From the NCBI GenBank assembly GCA_963815115.1, contig CAWFFN010000009.1, forward strand, positions 544,001 through 608,000: a stretch of 64,000 nucleotides of DNA. The letters are read 5' to 3'. Origin of the DNA: an uncultured delta proteobacterium (GTDB taxonomy: Bacteria > Desulfobacterota > Binatia > DP-6). Position 1 is the first letter of the stretch, and every line of letters starts with the position of its first letter. The translations under genes and the position numbers were made by a program. Below the pieces are notes generated by a model that searched no databases, was not told where the DNA came from, and saw nothing but the letters and a program-made list of their open reading frames with translations. Of this stretch, positions 1 to 11,212 are shown one piece after another.

Positions 1-2
1 TC

Positions 3-797
3 GTGGGCGAGCGCGGAGGAGCGATCTACGACGCAAGTGGTGGACAATCGACCGTGCGTCTCGAGGGCGCCAAGGAACTCACTCAGGTCCTCTTTGCTTC
101 CGACGGACAACAAGTCGTTACGGTGGGGAGCGGAGATGGTGGAGAGCTTGTCGTCATGTGGGACGCGTCGAACGGTCATCGCTTGCGCGCCATCGACGCA
201 GGACGCTTCGTCCGGACAATCGCCGTCGCCCGCGATGGGAAGTTCCTCTTCACGGCCGGCGGTGAGGGACGACTCTTCGATCTTCAGGCCGGGAGGCTCC
301 TCGACAGCCTCCCGATCTGCGTGTATGCGGAGAGCGCCGTGTCGCCTGACGGCCGCTTCGCGGCGTGTCGCGACAACGATCAAGCGGTTGGCATCTGGAG
401 CTTCAGCACCGGCGATCGAGTGGCGCGCACCGGACGACACGATTCCCCCATCAATACCGTCGCGTTCGACCCGCTCGGAGGACGTATCATGACGGCGAGC
501 AGCGATCACAGTGCACGAGTGTGGAACGCCGTCACGGGCGAAGAGATGGTCCGCTTCTCCGACCACGGCAACCAGGTCGAAGCGGCTTACTTCACACCGG
601 ACGGCCATGATGCGGTCAGCACCGGAATGGACGGTAAGGTGCGGATCTGGAGCGCTGAGTCCGGGAAGACTGTCGCGACGCTGCCCTTGGAAGGATGGGG
701 TCGGGCCCTCGCAATTCGCTCCGATGGCGGAGCGATTGGGGCCGTGGATTGGGGCGGTGATGTCCGAGTCTGGCGTCCGGCTGCATCGGGAGGATAG
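3..797 (+). CDS. WD40-repeat protein, C-terminal part (5' end outside the window)
   Basis: Repeated H...V..(F/Y)SPDG..TAS.D..(A/V)R(V/I)W units, e.g. HDSPINTVAFDPLGGRIMTASSDHSARVWN and HGNQVEAAYFTPDGHDAVSTGMDGKVRIWS. Confidence 0.85.
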   Translation: MGERGGAIYDASGGQSTVRLEGAKELTQVLFASDGQQVVTVGSGDGGELVVMWDASNGHRLRAIDAGRFVRTIAVARDGKFLFTAGGEGRLFDLQAGRLLDSLPICVYAESAVSPDGRFAACRDNDQAVGIWSFSTGDRVARTGRHDSPINTVAFDPLGGRIMTASSDHSARVWNAVTGEEMVRFSDHGNQVEAAYFTPDGHDAVSTGMDGKVRIWSAESGKTVATLPLEGWGRALAIRSDGGAIGAVDWGGDVRVWRPAASGG

Positions 798-1092
798 CGA
801 AGCGTCTCTGCCGCAAGGAAACCCGTGTGCCCGGCACAACCGGAACGGAGCGTTCCGAACGCCGTCGTGGTGCTGTGTAGCCTCATGGCCGCTCATGGTG
901 GTCATTCGGAGCATCCTGATTGCGTTTCTGTGCTTCAGGTGATGCAGCATCGCCAGCGGCCTTGGCCTCGAGGTCCTGGGGTCATGAATACCGCCGTGCC
1001 CTTGACCCGCAGTAGGGGGGGGCTTCAGGCCCGCATACAGGTCGGCAGGCAAAACTTGGTCAGCTTGCGGCAGCGCCTGACGCGGCCCACCG

Positions 1093-1121
1093 TTGACTTG
1101 CGCCGACCGCCAGCGTAGCGC
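1093..1121 (+). promoter_or_regulatory. Putative sigma70-type promoter (TTGACT-N17-TAGCGC) giving a leaderless cyclase mRNA
   Basis: TTGACT at 1093-1098, TAGCGC at 1116-1121, ATG 6 nt later at 1128, no Shine-Dalgarno (SD). Confidence 0.45.
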
Positions 1122-1127
1122 CGATGC

Positions 1128-4100
1128 ATGCGCTGCGTCACCTGCGGCGTCGATCTCATCGCCGGGAAGCAATTCTGTCACGCGTGCGGCAGCCGGGTGG
1201 GCGCGCGCTGCCGCGGTTGTGGGGCGACGCTCGATCCGAGCTTTCACTTCTGCCCCGATTGTGGCCTGAAGCTCGAAGGCGAGGACGACACCCTTCCGCC
1301 CCCGACGGTCGATCCGCTCGCGCGCCTCCTCGCGCGCCGCGGCGCCGGCGGCGTTCCGCAGGCCGTGGCGAGCCTCGCGCCGGTTGCGGGCGAGCGCAAG
1401 GTGGTCACCGTCCTGTTCTGCGATGTCGTCGGCTCGGTCGCCATCGCCGAGCGTCTCGATCCCGAGGAGTACCACGACCTGCTCGAGGAATATCTCGACG
1501 TCGCCTTCCCGGAGATCTACCGGCTCGAAGGCGTGGTGAACCAGCTCGCGGGCGACGGCTTGATGGCGCTGTTCGGCGCGCCGGTGGCGCACGAGGATGC
1601 CCCCCAGCGGGCCGTGCGCGCGGCGCTCGCCATCCGGGATGCTCTCGAGCCAGTGAGCGCACGCCTGCAGACCCGGCACGGCGTCCCGCTGCAGATCCGC
1701 ATCGGCATCAACACCGGCCCCGTGGTCGTCGGCCCCGTCGGCAACGACCGCAAGATGGACTACGCGGCGATCGGCGACACCACCAACCTCGCCTCCCGGT
1801 TGCAGACCCTGGCGCAGCCCGGCGCGATCCTGATCAGCGAGTCCACCCAGCGCCTGGTGCGGGGCTTCTTCGCGGTCGAGTCGGTGGGTCCTCTCGGCAT
1901 CCGCGGCAAGAGCGAGCCGGTCACGGCCTACGCCGTGCACGACTGGCACGGCGGCAAGACCAGGATGCTCATCAACGAGGAGCGCGGGCTCACGCCGTTC
2001 GTCGGCCGGGAGGGCGAGCTGTCGCGGCTGGTCGAGGCGTTCGCGCGCCTCGCCGACGGACAGACGCAGGCGGTGGCCGTGGTCGGTGACGCGGGCATCG
2101 GCAAGTCGCGCCTGCTCTATGAGTTCCGTCACCGCCTCGCGAGCGTGGACGTGGCCTTCTTCGAGGGGCGTTGCGCCTCGATGATGCAGGCGCTGCCCTA
2201 TCACCCGTTCATGACCATGTTCGGCCGCTACTTCGACCTCGACTGGGACGAGCCGATCGAGGAGGCCTGCGCCAAGGTGGTCGCGAAGTTCGGCGGGACG
2301 TACGAGGACGTCGAGCGCACGTATCCCGTCCTCTGCCGGTTCCTCTCGCTGCCGATCGAGTCGCTCGCCGACCAGCCCGCCGAGGAGCTCAGGCGCGAGA
2401 CCTTCGACGCCCTGGCGCGGCTGCTGATCGCCGAGAGCGAGCTGCGGCCCGTGGTGATGATCCTCGAGGACCTGCACTGGATCGACGATCCGTCCCGCGA
2501 CCTGCTCGACGACCTGGTGCGCCGGATCGAGGGTGCCCCCGTGCTCATCGTGGTCACCCACCGCCCCGACGCGGCCATCCCGTGGCGGGTGCCGACGGCC
2601 CTCACCCAGATCGCGCTGCGCCCGCTCGCGGAGTCGGAGTCGGCCGCCGTCGTGCGCTCGGTCGCCGGCAGTCCCCTGCCGCGCGACCTGGAGCGGGTCG
2701 TGGTGGCGAAAGCCGGCGGCAGCCCGTTCTTCGCCGAGGAGCTGGTCCGGGGTCTGCTCGAGGAAGGCCACCTCGTGCGCGATGCCTCGGGCGCGCTCGC
2801 GCTCAGCCGTCTGCTCGCCGACCTCCCGATTCCCGGGACGGTGCAGGAGGTGATCGCTGCCCGGCTCGACGCCCTCGGCCCGCAGGCGAAGCGCGTCCTG
2901 CAGGTGGCGGCGGTGCTCGGCCGTCAGTTCCGCCGCCGGCAGCTCGAGGCGGTGCTGGCGGACGAGGGCATCGAGGCCGAGCCCGTGCTGGCGGAGCTCG
3001 AACGCCGCGGGCTCGTGCATCGCAAGACGGCGCTCTCGAGCGACGAGTTCCGCTTCGGCGAGAGCCTCACGCAGGAGGTGGCCTACGAGGGGCTGCTGCT
3101 GAAGCAACGGCGGCAGCTGCACGAGCGCATCGGAGCGTTGATCGAGGCCGACGGTTCCGAACGCGGACCGGGACACGCCGCGCTGCTCGCTCACCACTAC
3201 GTCCACAGCGACAACCAGGCGAAGGCGCTCGACGCCCTGCTGCAGGCGGCGCGCGAGGCCGCGCAGGTGCCATCCTACCGGGTCGCGGGGGAGCAGTATC
3301 GCCAGGCCTGGCGGCTGGCCGAGTCGCTGCTCGGCGAGGGAGAGGGTGGCAGCCGTCATCGTGCCGCTCTCGAAGCGACGCTCGGCGTGAGTCGCCTCGC
3401 GGTCTACTTCGGCGCCCAGGACGTCGACGAGGCGGAGCGCGCCGCCGCGCGCGGCCGCGAGCTGGCCGAGCTGCTGGGCGATCGTGAAGCCCTCGCCACG
3501 CTCCGGTACTATCAGGGTGTCCTCATCATGATGCGCGGCGAGGCCGACTTCGCTGCCGGCCTCGCACTCGCGGAGGAGGGCGTGGCGCTGGCGAAGGCGT
3601 CCGGGCTCGACGCGCTGGCGCGCGGACTCACGCGCGCACTCGCCACCAGCTATGCCGGCGACGGCCGCTTCGCGCAGGCCCGGGCGTGCATCGAGGGCGT
3701 GCTCGCCGACATCGAGCGCGCGGGTCCCGGCGAACGCGCCAGCGACGTCTACCTGGGCACACGCTGGGCACGGGATCTCGTGCTGTACTCCCAGGACGAG
3801 TACGAGCAGGTTCTGGAGAGCGCCACCGAGTCCTTCGCCCTCGCCGAGAAGGCCGGCAACTTCACCATGCGGAGCGCCCTCGCCACACTCCTGGCTCCCA
3901 TTCACTACATGCGCGGGGAGTACCGCGAGACGAAGCGCTGGGCCGACCTCGCCCTCGAGATCGGGGAGCGCATCGCGAACACCAACGTGTACGCTGCGGG
4001 GGCCGCGCTGGCGCTGGCCTCGCGCATCCATCTGAGGGAGCCCGTCGATCCCGTGCTCTACGCCGAGCGCATCGAGATCGGCCTGGGCGCGGGCGGCCTG

Positions 4101-4511
4101 ATGCAGCTCAGCACGCGATTCGTCGGCGAGGCTCTGCTCGCAGCAGGTGACGTCGCACGCGCCGACCGCCTCACCGGCGTCCTGGTAGCCCGCACCGGTG
4201 GCCGCTTCCGGCAGGCCCTCGTGCTGGTGTCACGGGCCGACGTCCTCGCGCGTCTCGGCAGATTCGAGGAGGCCCGCCGGTGCTACGTCGAGGCGATCGC
4301 GATCGCGGAGGTGATCGGTTCGCGCTCGACGCTCGCGGTCGCATGGCTGGGGCACGCCGAGCTCGCCGGGTCGCAGGGGCTCGAGGCCGTGGGGATCGAA
4401 CGCGCCGCCGCGCTGTGTGCCGAGCTCGGGATCCGGCACTACCTGCCGCGGCTCGAGCGCCTGCGTCGCGCGGTCGGCGGCGCCGCCGCGGCCGGCTCGT
4501 CCGACGCGTAG
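1128..4511 (+). CDS. Class III adenylate/guanylate cyclase with N-terminal double zinc ribbon, AAA/STAND ATPase and TPR-like C-terminus
   Basis: CxxC x4 at the N-terminus; VTVLFCDVVGS, GDG, RIGINTG, GDTTNLASRLQ; Walker A GDAGIGKS; Walker B ILEDLHW; GGSPFF; helical C-terminus. Confidence 0.93.
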   Translation: MRCVTCGVDLIAGKQFCHACGSRVGARCRGCGATLDPSFHFCPDCGLKLEGEDDTLPPPTVDPLARLLARRGAGGVPQAVASLAPVAGERKVVTVLFCDVVGSVAIAERLDPEEYHDLLEEYLDVAFPEIYRLEGVVNQLAGDGLMALFGAPVAHEDAPQRAVRAALAIRDALEPVSARLQTRHGVPLQIRIGINTGPVVVGPVGNDRKMDYAAIGDTTNLASRLQTLAQPGAILISESTQRLVRGFFAVESVGPLGIRGKSEPVTAYAVHDWHGGKTRMLINEERGLTPFVGREGELSRLVEAFARLADGQTQAVAVVGDAGIGKSRLLYEFRHRLASVDVAFFEGRCASMMQALPYHPFMTMFGRYFDLDWDEPIEEACAKVVAKFGGTYEDVERTYPVLCRFLSLPIESLADQPAEELRRETFDALARLLIAESELRPVVMILEDLHWIDDPSRDLLDDLVRRIEGAPVLIVVTHRPDAAIPWRVPTALTQIALRPLAESESAAVVRSVAGSPLPRDLERVVVAKAGGSPFFAEELVRGLLEEGHLVRDASGALALSRLLADLPIPGTVQEVIAARLDALGPQAKRVLQVAAVLGRQFRRRQLEAVLADEGIEAEPVLAELERRGLVHRKTALSSDEFRFGESLTQEVAYEGLLLKQRRQLHERIGALIEADGSERGPGHAALLAHHYVHSDNQAKALDALLQAAREAAQVPSYRVAGEQYRQAWRLAESLLGEGEGGSRHRAALEATLGVSRLAVYFGAQDVDEAERAAARGRELAELLGDREALATLRYYQGVLIMMRGEADFAAGLALAEEGVALAKASGLDALARGLTRALATSYAGDGRFAQARACIEGVLADIERAGPGERASDVYLGTRWARDLVLYSQDEYEQVLESATESFALAEKAGNFTMRSALATLLAPIHYMRGEYRETKRWADLALEIGERIANTNVYAAGAALALASRIHLREPVDPVLYAERIEIGLGAGGLMQLSTRFVGEALLAAGDVARADRLTGVLVARTGGRFRQALVLVSRADVLARLGRFEEARRCYVEAIAIAEVIGSRSTLAVAWLGHAELAGSQGLEAVGIERAAALCAELGIRHYLPRLERLRRAVGGAAAAGSSDA

Positions 4512-4543
4512 ACCCCGGTCGCGCCGCGGCCGATAATGAGGCC

Positions 4544-6841
4544 GTGGGCGAGCGCGGCTTCATCCTGACACCGACCTACCGCATCCAGGGCGGCCGGCCG
4601 GCGGTGCACCTGCACGCGGTGCTCGAGAGCGGCGAGCCCGCTCTGGTGATCGACGATCGGCTCGCTCCCTACTTCTTCGTCTCCACGCGAGACGCCCCGA
4701 TGGTACGCGGTGGGACCGTCACGGCCACCGCGTTGCGCACCTTCGCCGGCGAGCCCGTCTCACGGGTCGAGGTCGCGCTCCCGGGCGACGTTCCGCCGCT
4801 GCGCCGTCGCCTCGCCGACGCCGGCGTGACCTGCTTCGAGGCCGACCTCCGCTTCGCCTATCGCTGGCTGATCGACCACGACCTGCGCGGCTCCTTCGTC
4901 GTCGATGGTCCGTTCGAGCGCCGTCCCGGGGTCGGCCGCGTCTACCACGATCCCGCGATCGCGCCCGCCGCATGGACGCCGGCGCTTCGCGTGCTCTCGC
5001 TCGACATCGAGACCAGCCCGGACGCCGCCCGGCTCCTGTCCATCGCCGTGGCCGGCGCCGGGGGCGAGCGCGTCTGGATGGTGCACCGGCACGCGGTCGA
5101 GGGCGCCGAGGTCGTCGCCGACGAGCGCCAGCTCCTCGAGCGCTTCCTGGCGCACGTACGGACGGCCGACCCGGACGTGCTGACCGGCTGGAACGTGTGC
5201 GACTTCGATCTCGCGGTGCTCCTCGCCGCCAGCCGGCGGGCGCGCCTGCGCTGCACGCTCGGGCGAACGGACGACGAGCTCGAGCTCCAGCGCGACCAGA
5301 ACTTCACGCGCGAATCGCGCGCCGTGCTGACGGGCCGGGTCGTGCTCGATGGCCTGGCGCTCATGCGGAGCGCGTGGATCCGGCTCGACGACTACCGCCT
5401 GGAGACGGCGGCGCGGACGCTGCTCGGCAAGGGCAAGCTCATCGCCGGCGAGCACCGCGGGGCGGAGATCGAGGCCGCCTATCACCACGACCCCGCGCGC
5501 CTCGCGGCGTACAATCTGGAGGACGCCCGGCTGGTCCTCGAGCTGCTCGCCCGCACCGGCCTGATCGAGCTGACGGTGGGCCGGAGCCTCGTCACCGGGA
5601 TGCAGCTCGATCGCGTGAGCGCCCAGATCGCGGCCGTGGACTCGCTCTACCTGCGCGCCCTGCGCGCGCGCGGGCGCGTCGCCCCGTCGGTGGAGTCGGC
5701 GCGCGACGGCGAGGGGGGGAGCATCACCGGCGGGCTGGTCCTCGAGTCGCGTCCGGGACTGTACCGCAACATCGCCGTCTTCGACTTCAAGAGCCTGTAC
5801 CCGAGCCTGATCCGGACGTTCAACATCGATCCGCTCACCCACGTGCCGGCGCCCGCGGTGGATGCGGCGGTCATCCGTACCCCGGGCGGCGCCGCCTTCC
5901 GCCGCGACGAGCCCGGCGTGCTGCCGGCGCTGGTGGCGCGGCTCTGGGACGAGCGCGGCCGGGCGCGTGCCGCCGGCGACGCAACCGCCGCCCAAGCGAT
6001 CAAGATACTCATGAACTCCCTCTTCGGCGTCCTCGGCTCGCCGGCCTCGCGGCTCTTCTCGCCGGCCGTTGCGAACGCGATCACCCTCGCGGGCCAGCAC
6101 GTGATCCGGCGCGCGGCACGGTCCGTCGAGCGCCGCGGCCTGCGCGTGATCTACGGCGACACGGACTCGGTCTTCATCGATCTCGACGAGCCGGACGCGA
6201 TCCGTGCGACCGCGCGCGCCGGGGAGCTGCGTGACGCGGTCGGCGCCGAGGTGGCCACAGAGCTCGCGAGCGAGTTCGGCTGCGAGAGCCATCTCGAGCT
6301 CGAATTCGAGAAGGTCTACACGCGCTTCCTCCTTCCCGAGGTCCGCGGCGGCGCCGCGGGCAGCAAGAAGCGCTACGCCGGCCTCGTCGACGGCAAGCTC
6401 GAGATCGTCGGGCTCGAAGCCGTCCGCCGCGACTGGAGCCAGGTCGCGCGCCGCTTCCAGCGCGAGCTGCTCGACCTCGTCCTGCGCGATCGGCCGGTGA
6501 CGGACTTCGTCCGCGAATTCGTCGTCGAGCTGCGCGCCGGGCGGTTCGACGGCCAGCTCGTCTATCGCAAGACCGTGCGCAAGCCGATCGAGTCCTATAC
6601 CCGCACGACGCCCGCGCACGTGAAGGCGGCCCGCAAGCAGGGGTCGGGGGCCGGTCGCGTGGTGAGCTACGTGGTGACGCGCGCCGGACCGGAGCCGGTG
6701 GGTCACACGACGGCCGCTCCGGACCGGGACCACTACGTCATCCAGCAGCTGAAGCCGCTCGCCGACGCGATCCTTCGCTTCGTGCCAGGCCCGGATTTCG
6801 ACGACCTGTCGGGCGAGCGCAAGCAGCTGTCGTTGTTCTAG
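4544..6841 (+). CDS. polB: DNA polymerase II (family B)
   Basis: Exonuclease motifs LDIET, GWN..FDL, YNLEDA; polymerase motifs DFKSLYPS, KILMNSLFG, YGDTDS, KKRYAG; C-terminal clamp-binding QLSLF. Start re-called at GTG 4544, 6 nt after GATAAT. Confidence 0.93.
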   Translation: MGERGFILTPTYRIQGGRPAVHLHAVLESGEPALVIDDRLAPYFFVSTRDAPMVRGGTVTATALRTFAGEPVSRVEVALPGDVPPLRRRLADAGVTCFEADLRFAYRWLIDHDLRGSFVVDGPFERRPGVGRVYHDPAIAPAAWTPALRVLSLDIETSPDAARLLSIAVAGAGGERVWMVHRHAVEGAEVVADERQLLERFLAHVRTADPDVLTGWNVCDFDLAVLLAASRRARLRCTLGRTDDELELQRDQNFTRESRAVLTGRVVLDGLALMRSAWIRLDDYRLETAARTLLGKGKLIAGEHRGAEIEAAYHHDPARLAAYNLEDARLVLELLARTGLIELTVGRSLVTGMQLDRVSAQIAAVDSLYLRALRARGRVAPSVESARDGEGGSITGGLVLESRPGLYRNIAVFDFKSLYPSLIRTFNIDPLTHVPAPAVDAAVIRTPGGAAFRRDEPGVLPALVARLWDERGRARAAGDATAAQAIKILMNSLFGVLGSPASRLFSPAVANAITLAGQHVIRRAARSVERRGLRVIYGDTDSVFIDLDEPDAIRATARAGELRDAVGAEVATELASEFGCESHLELEFEKVYTRFLLPEVRGGAAGSKKRYAGLVDGKLEIVGLEAVRRDWSQVARRFQRELLDLVLRDRPVTDFVREFVVELRAGRFDGQLVYRKTVRKPIESYTRTTPAHVKAARKQGSGAGRVVSYVVTRAGPEPVGHTTAAPDRDHYVIQQLKPLADAILRFVPGPDFDDLSGERKQLSLF

Positions 6842-6866
6842 CGCGAGCGGTTCGGTGGCACCGTAG

Positions 6867-7268
6867 TCACGGCAGCATCCGGAAGCCGCAGGCGACGAAA
6901 TCGAGATCGAAGGCGAAGGCGCCGTCCAGCTTGAGGCGCCGCATGACCTCGAAGCTCGCGCAGTCCGTCAGGCTGAGACGATGGTCGTGGAACCGCATCA
7001 GCTGCTCGAGCGCGGCATCGAGGATGTCGGCGTCCGCGAGCAGGAGCTCGTAGCGGCGGCTACGCAGCAGCTCACGCGCCACGGCGACCGCGCGCTCCGC
7101 GCCCGCGAGCGCGCGGAGACGCGTCGCCACCTCCGCCAGGATGAGCTCGGTCCACACGAAGCGTACCTCGGGATGGCTTCGGAGGAATTTCGCGGCGCGG
7201 GCGTGGTTGCGATCGTCGCGCAGGGTCAGTGCGAGGATGGCGCTCGTGTCCACCAGGAGCTTCACCAC
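6867..7268 (-). CDS. vapC: PIN-domain (VapC-type) toxin
   Basis: LLVDTSA...ILAE...SLTDCASF...AFAFDLDF; AGGAGG SD upstream of GTG 7268/7265. Confidence 0.88.
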   Translation of the reverse strand: MVKLLVDTSAILALTLRDDRNHARAAKFLRSHPEVRFVWTELILAEVATRLRALAGAERAVAVARELLRSRRYELLLADADILDAALEQLMRFHDHRLSLTDCASFEVMRRLKLDGAFAFDLDFVACGFRMLP

Positions 7269-7530
7269 CGTCCTCCTTCGGCCATCCATAGAGGTAGTGA
7301 TCGTGGTTGACGGATTCGTCGCCCAGGGATCCCGAAAGGCTGCCGATGATCGCGTCCGCCGGATCGTCACCGAACGTCGGCGCCGTTCCTCCACCGCCCC
7401 TCCCGAGATACTGATCGACGGCTTCACGGACCAGACACGCCAACGACGTCCCGCGGCGCCGGGCCTGGTGGCGTAGCTCTCCGTGGATCTCCTCGGGGAG
7501 GCGCAAAAGGGTTGCCTTGAGACGGGCCAC
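7072..7530 (-). CDS. vapB: Ribbon-helix-helix (CopG-like) antitoxin; reading frame runs on ~65 codons into vapC
   Basis: VARLKATLLRLPEEIHGELRHQARRRGTSLACLVREAVDQYL (RHH) and ...SVNHDHYLYG, a typical VapB tail; directly upstream of vapC. Confidence 0.75.
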   Translation of the reverse strand: MARLKATLLRLPEEIHGELRHQARRRGTSLACLVREAVDQYLGRGGGGTAPTFGDDPADAIIGSLSGSLGDESVNHDHYLYGWPKEDGGEAPGGHERHPRTDPARRSQPRPRREIPPKPSRGTLRVDRAHPGGGGDASPRARGRGARGRRGA

Positions 7531-7534
7531 TATC

Positions 7535-7564
7535 GATGACGCGATAGCACGATATCGCATCACC
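7535..7564. promoter_or_regulatory. Inverted repeat, putative antitoxin operator
   Basis: GATGACGCGATA-N6-TATCGCATCACC; arms match 10/12, perfect core GCGATA-N6-TATCGC, 4 nt from the antitoxin GTG. Confidence 0.6.
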
Positions 7565-7629
7565 TGCAATTCGGGGCACCGTCGGGCCCGGCGGCGCATA
7601 CCGCCGGACCCGACGCCGGGACACGCCGG

Positions 7630-9042
<1,413 letters not shown>

Positions 9043-9136
9043 CGAGGGATCTCCTCTGTCGAGAAGGATGGTGGCCGATCGGCCGAGCGCGCGGGGGCGT
9101 TCGGCACGGGAGGGCCGGCGAGACCACTCGAGGCGA

Positions 9137-9595
9137 CTAGGAGCGGCGGCCGGCGGCGTCGATCATGGACGCCGGCGGTGCGTGTGCGTCGTGAAAGAGG
9201 GCGCCGGATCCCGAGACGATCCGCTGGCCTTCCGCCACCGAGATGGAGCGGGGCCGGCTGGAGCGGGCTCGGAATGAATCCAGGACGACCCGCGAGTCGG
9301 GCGCGCGCCTCCGCTCTCGCCCGTCTTGATGCTGGGCGAGAATCGCGTCGCCGCCCGTCGGACCGCGGGCGTTCGTCGCGCTGTCCGGGGTGCCGTGGCC
9401 CGGCGCGGGGATCGAGGACTGCCGCGCGCCGTCCCGGCTCCGGGTAGTCGAGGCGGGTCGGGCCGCACGCATCCCGATGTCGCGGGTGATCGACGCGTGC
9501 ACCAGCGCCTGCGCGGGCCGCGCGGAGGGGAGTCCTGCCGCGACGGCGAGCGCGCTCGCAACCAGGGTCCAGCGGGTGAGGCGGTGGCGTTCCAT
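9137..9595 (-). CDS. Possible small exported protein between the sigma54 promoter and amtB
   Basis: Signal-peptide-like MERHRLTRWTLVASALAVAAGLPSARPAQA; no recognised domain. Confidence 0.35.
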   Translation of the reverse strand: MERHRLTRWTLVASALAVAAGLPSARPAQALVHASITRDIGMRAARPASTTRSRDGARQSSIPAPGHGTPDSATNARGPTGGDAILAQHQDGRERRRAPDSRVVLDSFRARSSRPRSISVAEGQRIVSGSGALFHDAHAPPASMIDAAGRRS

Positions 9596-9627
9596 GCGAC
9601 GACGGCAGGGTGGCCGCACACGTGTCG

Positions 9628-9643
9628 AGCAAGGTGCATGCCG
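9628..9643 (-). promoter_or_regulatory. Sigma54 (-24/-12) promoter upstream of the amtB unit
   Basis: Minus strand CGGCATGCACCTTGCT = GG-N10-GC; amtB is classically Ntr/sigma54 controlled. Confidence 0.65.
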
Positions 9644-9778
9644 CGTGGTGACCGCGAGCTTCGGCGGGTTCTTCCTGCAGGCTGCCGCCCTCGGAGGCAG
9701 GGTGCTGTCCCTGAAGGCAGCGCGACGCGTGTGGCTGAGTCAGGCCGAACACCGGGATTCTCGGGGCCTTGGTCGGTG

Positions 9779-11209
9779 CTACCCGCCGTCGAGCAGCGCG
9801 AGCGCCGCATGCGCCGCGGCCCGTCCGGCCCACGCACCGATGTCGACGACGGCCGCCGGCGACTCGATCGTCGAGCCGGCGAGGAGAAGCCCGCGAATGC
9901 CGGGAACCTCGAGCCCGTGACGCCGCACCGGCGCCCAGGCCCAGCTCATCGACTGCGGTGCGGCGACGTGCTGGTGCGCGCTCCACGCCAGGCATTCGTC
10001 GAGGTCGGCGTAGTAGCGGCGGAGATACGCCACGGCTTCGTCGACGCGGGCGCGCGCCGCGGGCCACGACTCGACGGCAGCCGTCCCGTCACCGAGAAAC
10101 CGCGCGATCACCAGGTGCAGGAGGTGGTGGCCTTCCGGCGCCGAGCGTCGGCTGGAGAGCGATGGGATGTGCCAGCCGCCGTGGTAGCGCCGCTCCGGGC
10201 CGCGCAGGATGCGGTTCCAGCCCGCGTGATCCTCCGGCCGGCTGGTGGCGCACACCAGCGGGAGGCGCGTGAGCCCCGCCACCCAGCCGACCAGGTCGGC
10301 GCGGTGCGCGACGAGCGCGCGCGCCGACGCGACCAGCTCCGCGGGCAGCACCCCCCCGACGACCAGGTCGAGGTTCTCCCACAGCGGGTACGTGCTCACC
10401 ACCACGGGCGCGCGAACCTCGCGCACCAGGTTGGCGCGATCCACCGCAACCGCGCCGCGCACGGCGCCGTCCTCGACGAGGATATCCACCGGCTTCCAGC
10501 CCAGCGCGATCTCGCCGCCGTTCGCGCGCACGGCGCGGGCGAACGGCTCGACGACGCCCTGCATGCCGCCGACCTCGTCGTCGTCGGCAAGGAACGGACC
10601 GGTCCGCGCCCGCTGCAGGAACTCCATCAGCCGGCCGACCGACGCCTCCTCGGGGCGCGGGTGGAAGATCACGGTGGCGAGCAGGAGGAGCGCACGGCGC
10701 ACGCCGGGATGCGCGACATGGGCGGCGCTCCAGTCGCCGAGGGTCCGCGGGATCGCGGCCTCCACCTCCGCCGGCGACGCGCCGCCGAGCCGCTCGAGCG
10801 TCGCTCCAAGCTCGGCGACACCGTCGGGGGGACACTCGAAGAGATCGCGGGCGATCGCGAGAAATCTCTCCCCGCTCCAGTCGCCCGCGTCGATGACGGT
10901 GTCGTCCGGAATGCGGTGCACGCGCAGCGCGTGCGCGACGCGACGGAGCGTCACCCTCACCCCGGCCTCGCGCGCCACCTCGACACCATGCTGCCACGGG
11001 AACTGGCAATCGCCGACGTCGTGTCCGTCGCGGTGGCCGAAGTCGATCCAGTAGCCGTCCGCCGTCCGCACCGAGCCGCCGCGGCCGCCGACGGTGTCCG
11101 CGTGCTCCAGCACGACCACGCGCTTGCCGCGCCGGGCGAGGAGCGCCGCCGCCACCAGGCCGGCCAGGGCCGAGCCGACGATGACGGCGTCCGCGCTGGT
11201 CTCCGGCAC
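9779..11209 (-). CDS. FAD-dependent oxidoreductase (phytoene dehydrogenase-like)
   Basis: DAVIVGSALAGLVAAALLARRGKRVVVLE...VGGRG Rossmann motif; GGMQGV; IRGLLLAG. Confidence 0.8.
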   Translation of the reverse strand: MPETSADAVIVGSALAGLVAAALLARRGKRVVVLEHADTVGGRGGSVRTADGYWIDFGHRDGHDVGDCQFPWQHGVEVAREAGVRVTLRRVAHALRVHRIPDDTVIDAGDWSGERFLAIARDLFECPPDGVAELGATLERLGGASPAEVEAAIPRTLGDWSAAHVAHPGVRRALLLLATVIFHPRPEEASVGRLMEFLQRARTGPFLADDDEVGGMQGVVEPFARAVRANGGEIALGWKPVDILVEDGAVRGAVAVDRANLVREVRAPVVVSTYPLWENLDLVVGGVLPAELVASARALVAHRADLVGWVAGLTRLPLVCATSRPEDHAGWNRILRGPERRYHGGWHIPSLSSRRSAPEGHHLLHLVIARFLGDGTAAVESWPAARARVDEAVAYLRRYYADLDECLAWSAHQHVAAPQSMSWAWAPVRRHGLEVPGIRGLLLAGSTIESPAAVVDIGAWAGRAAAHAALALLDGG

Positions 11210-11212
11210 TAG

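Noticed and set aside
798-1090. Lower-GC intergenic stretch as an IS remnant or island boundary
   Set aside because: No terminal repeats, transposase motif or tRNA/att site recognisable.
1128-4511. Cyclase-ATPase-TPR gene as a Pycsar/CBASS/Avs defence system
   Set aside because: Common signalling architecture; no adjacent effector gene, and Gln at the usual Lys position is not diagnostic.
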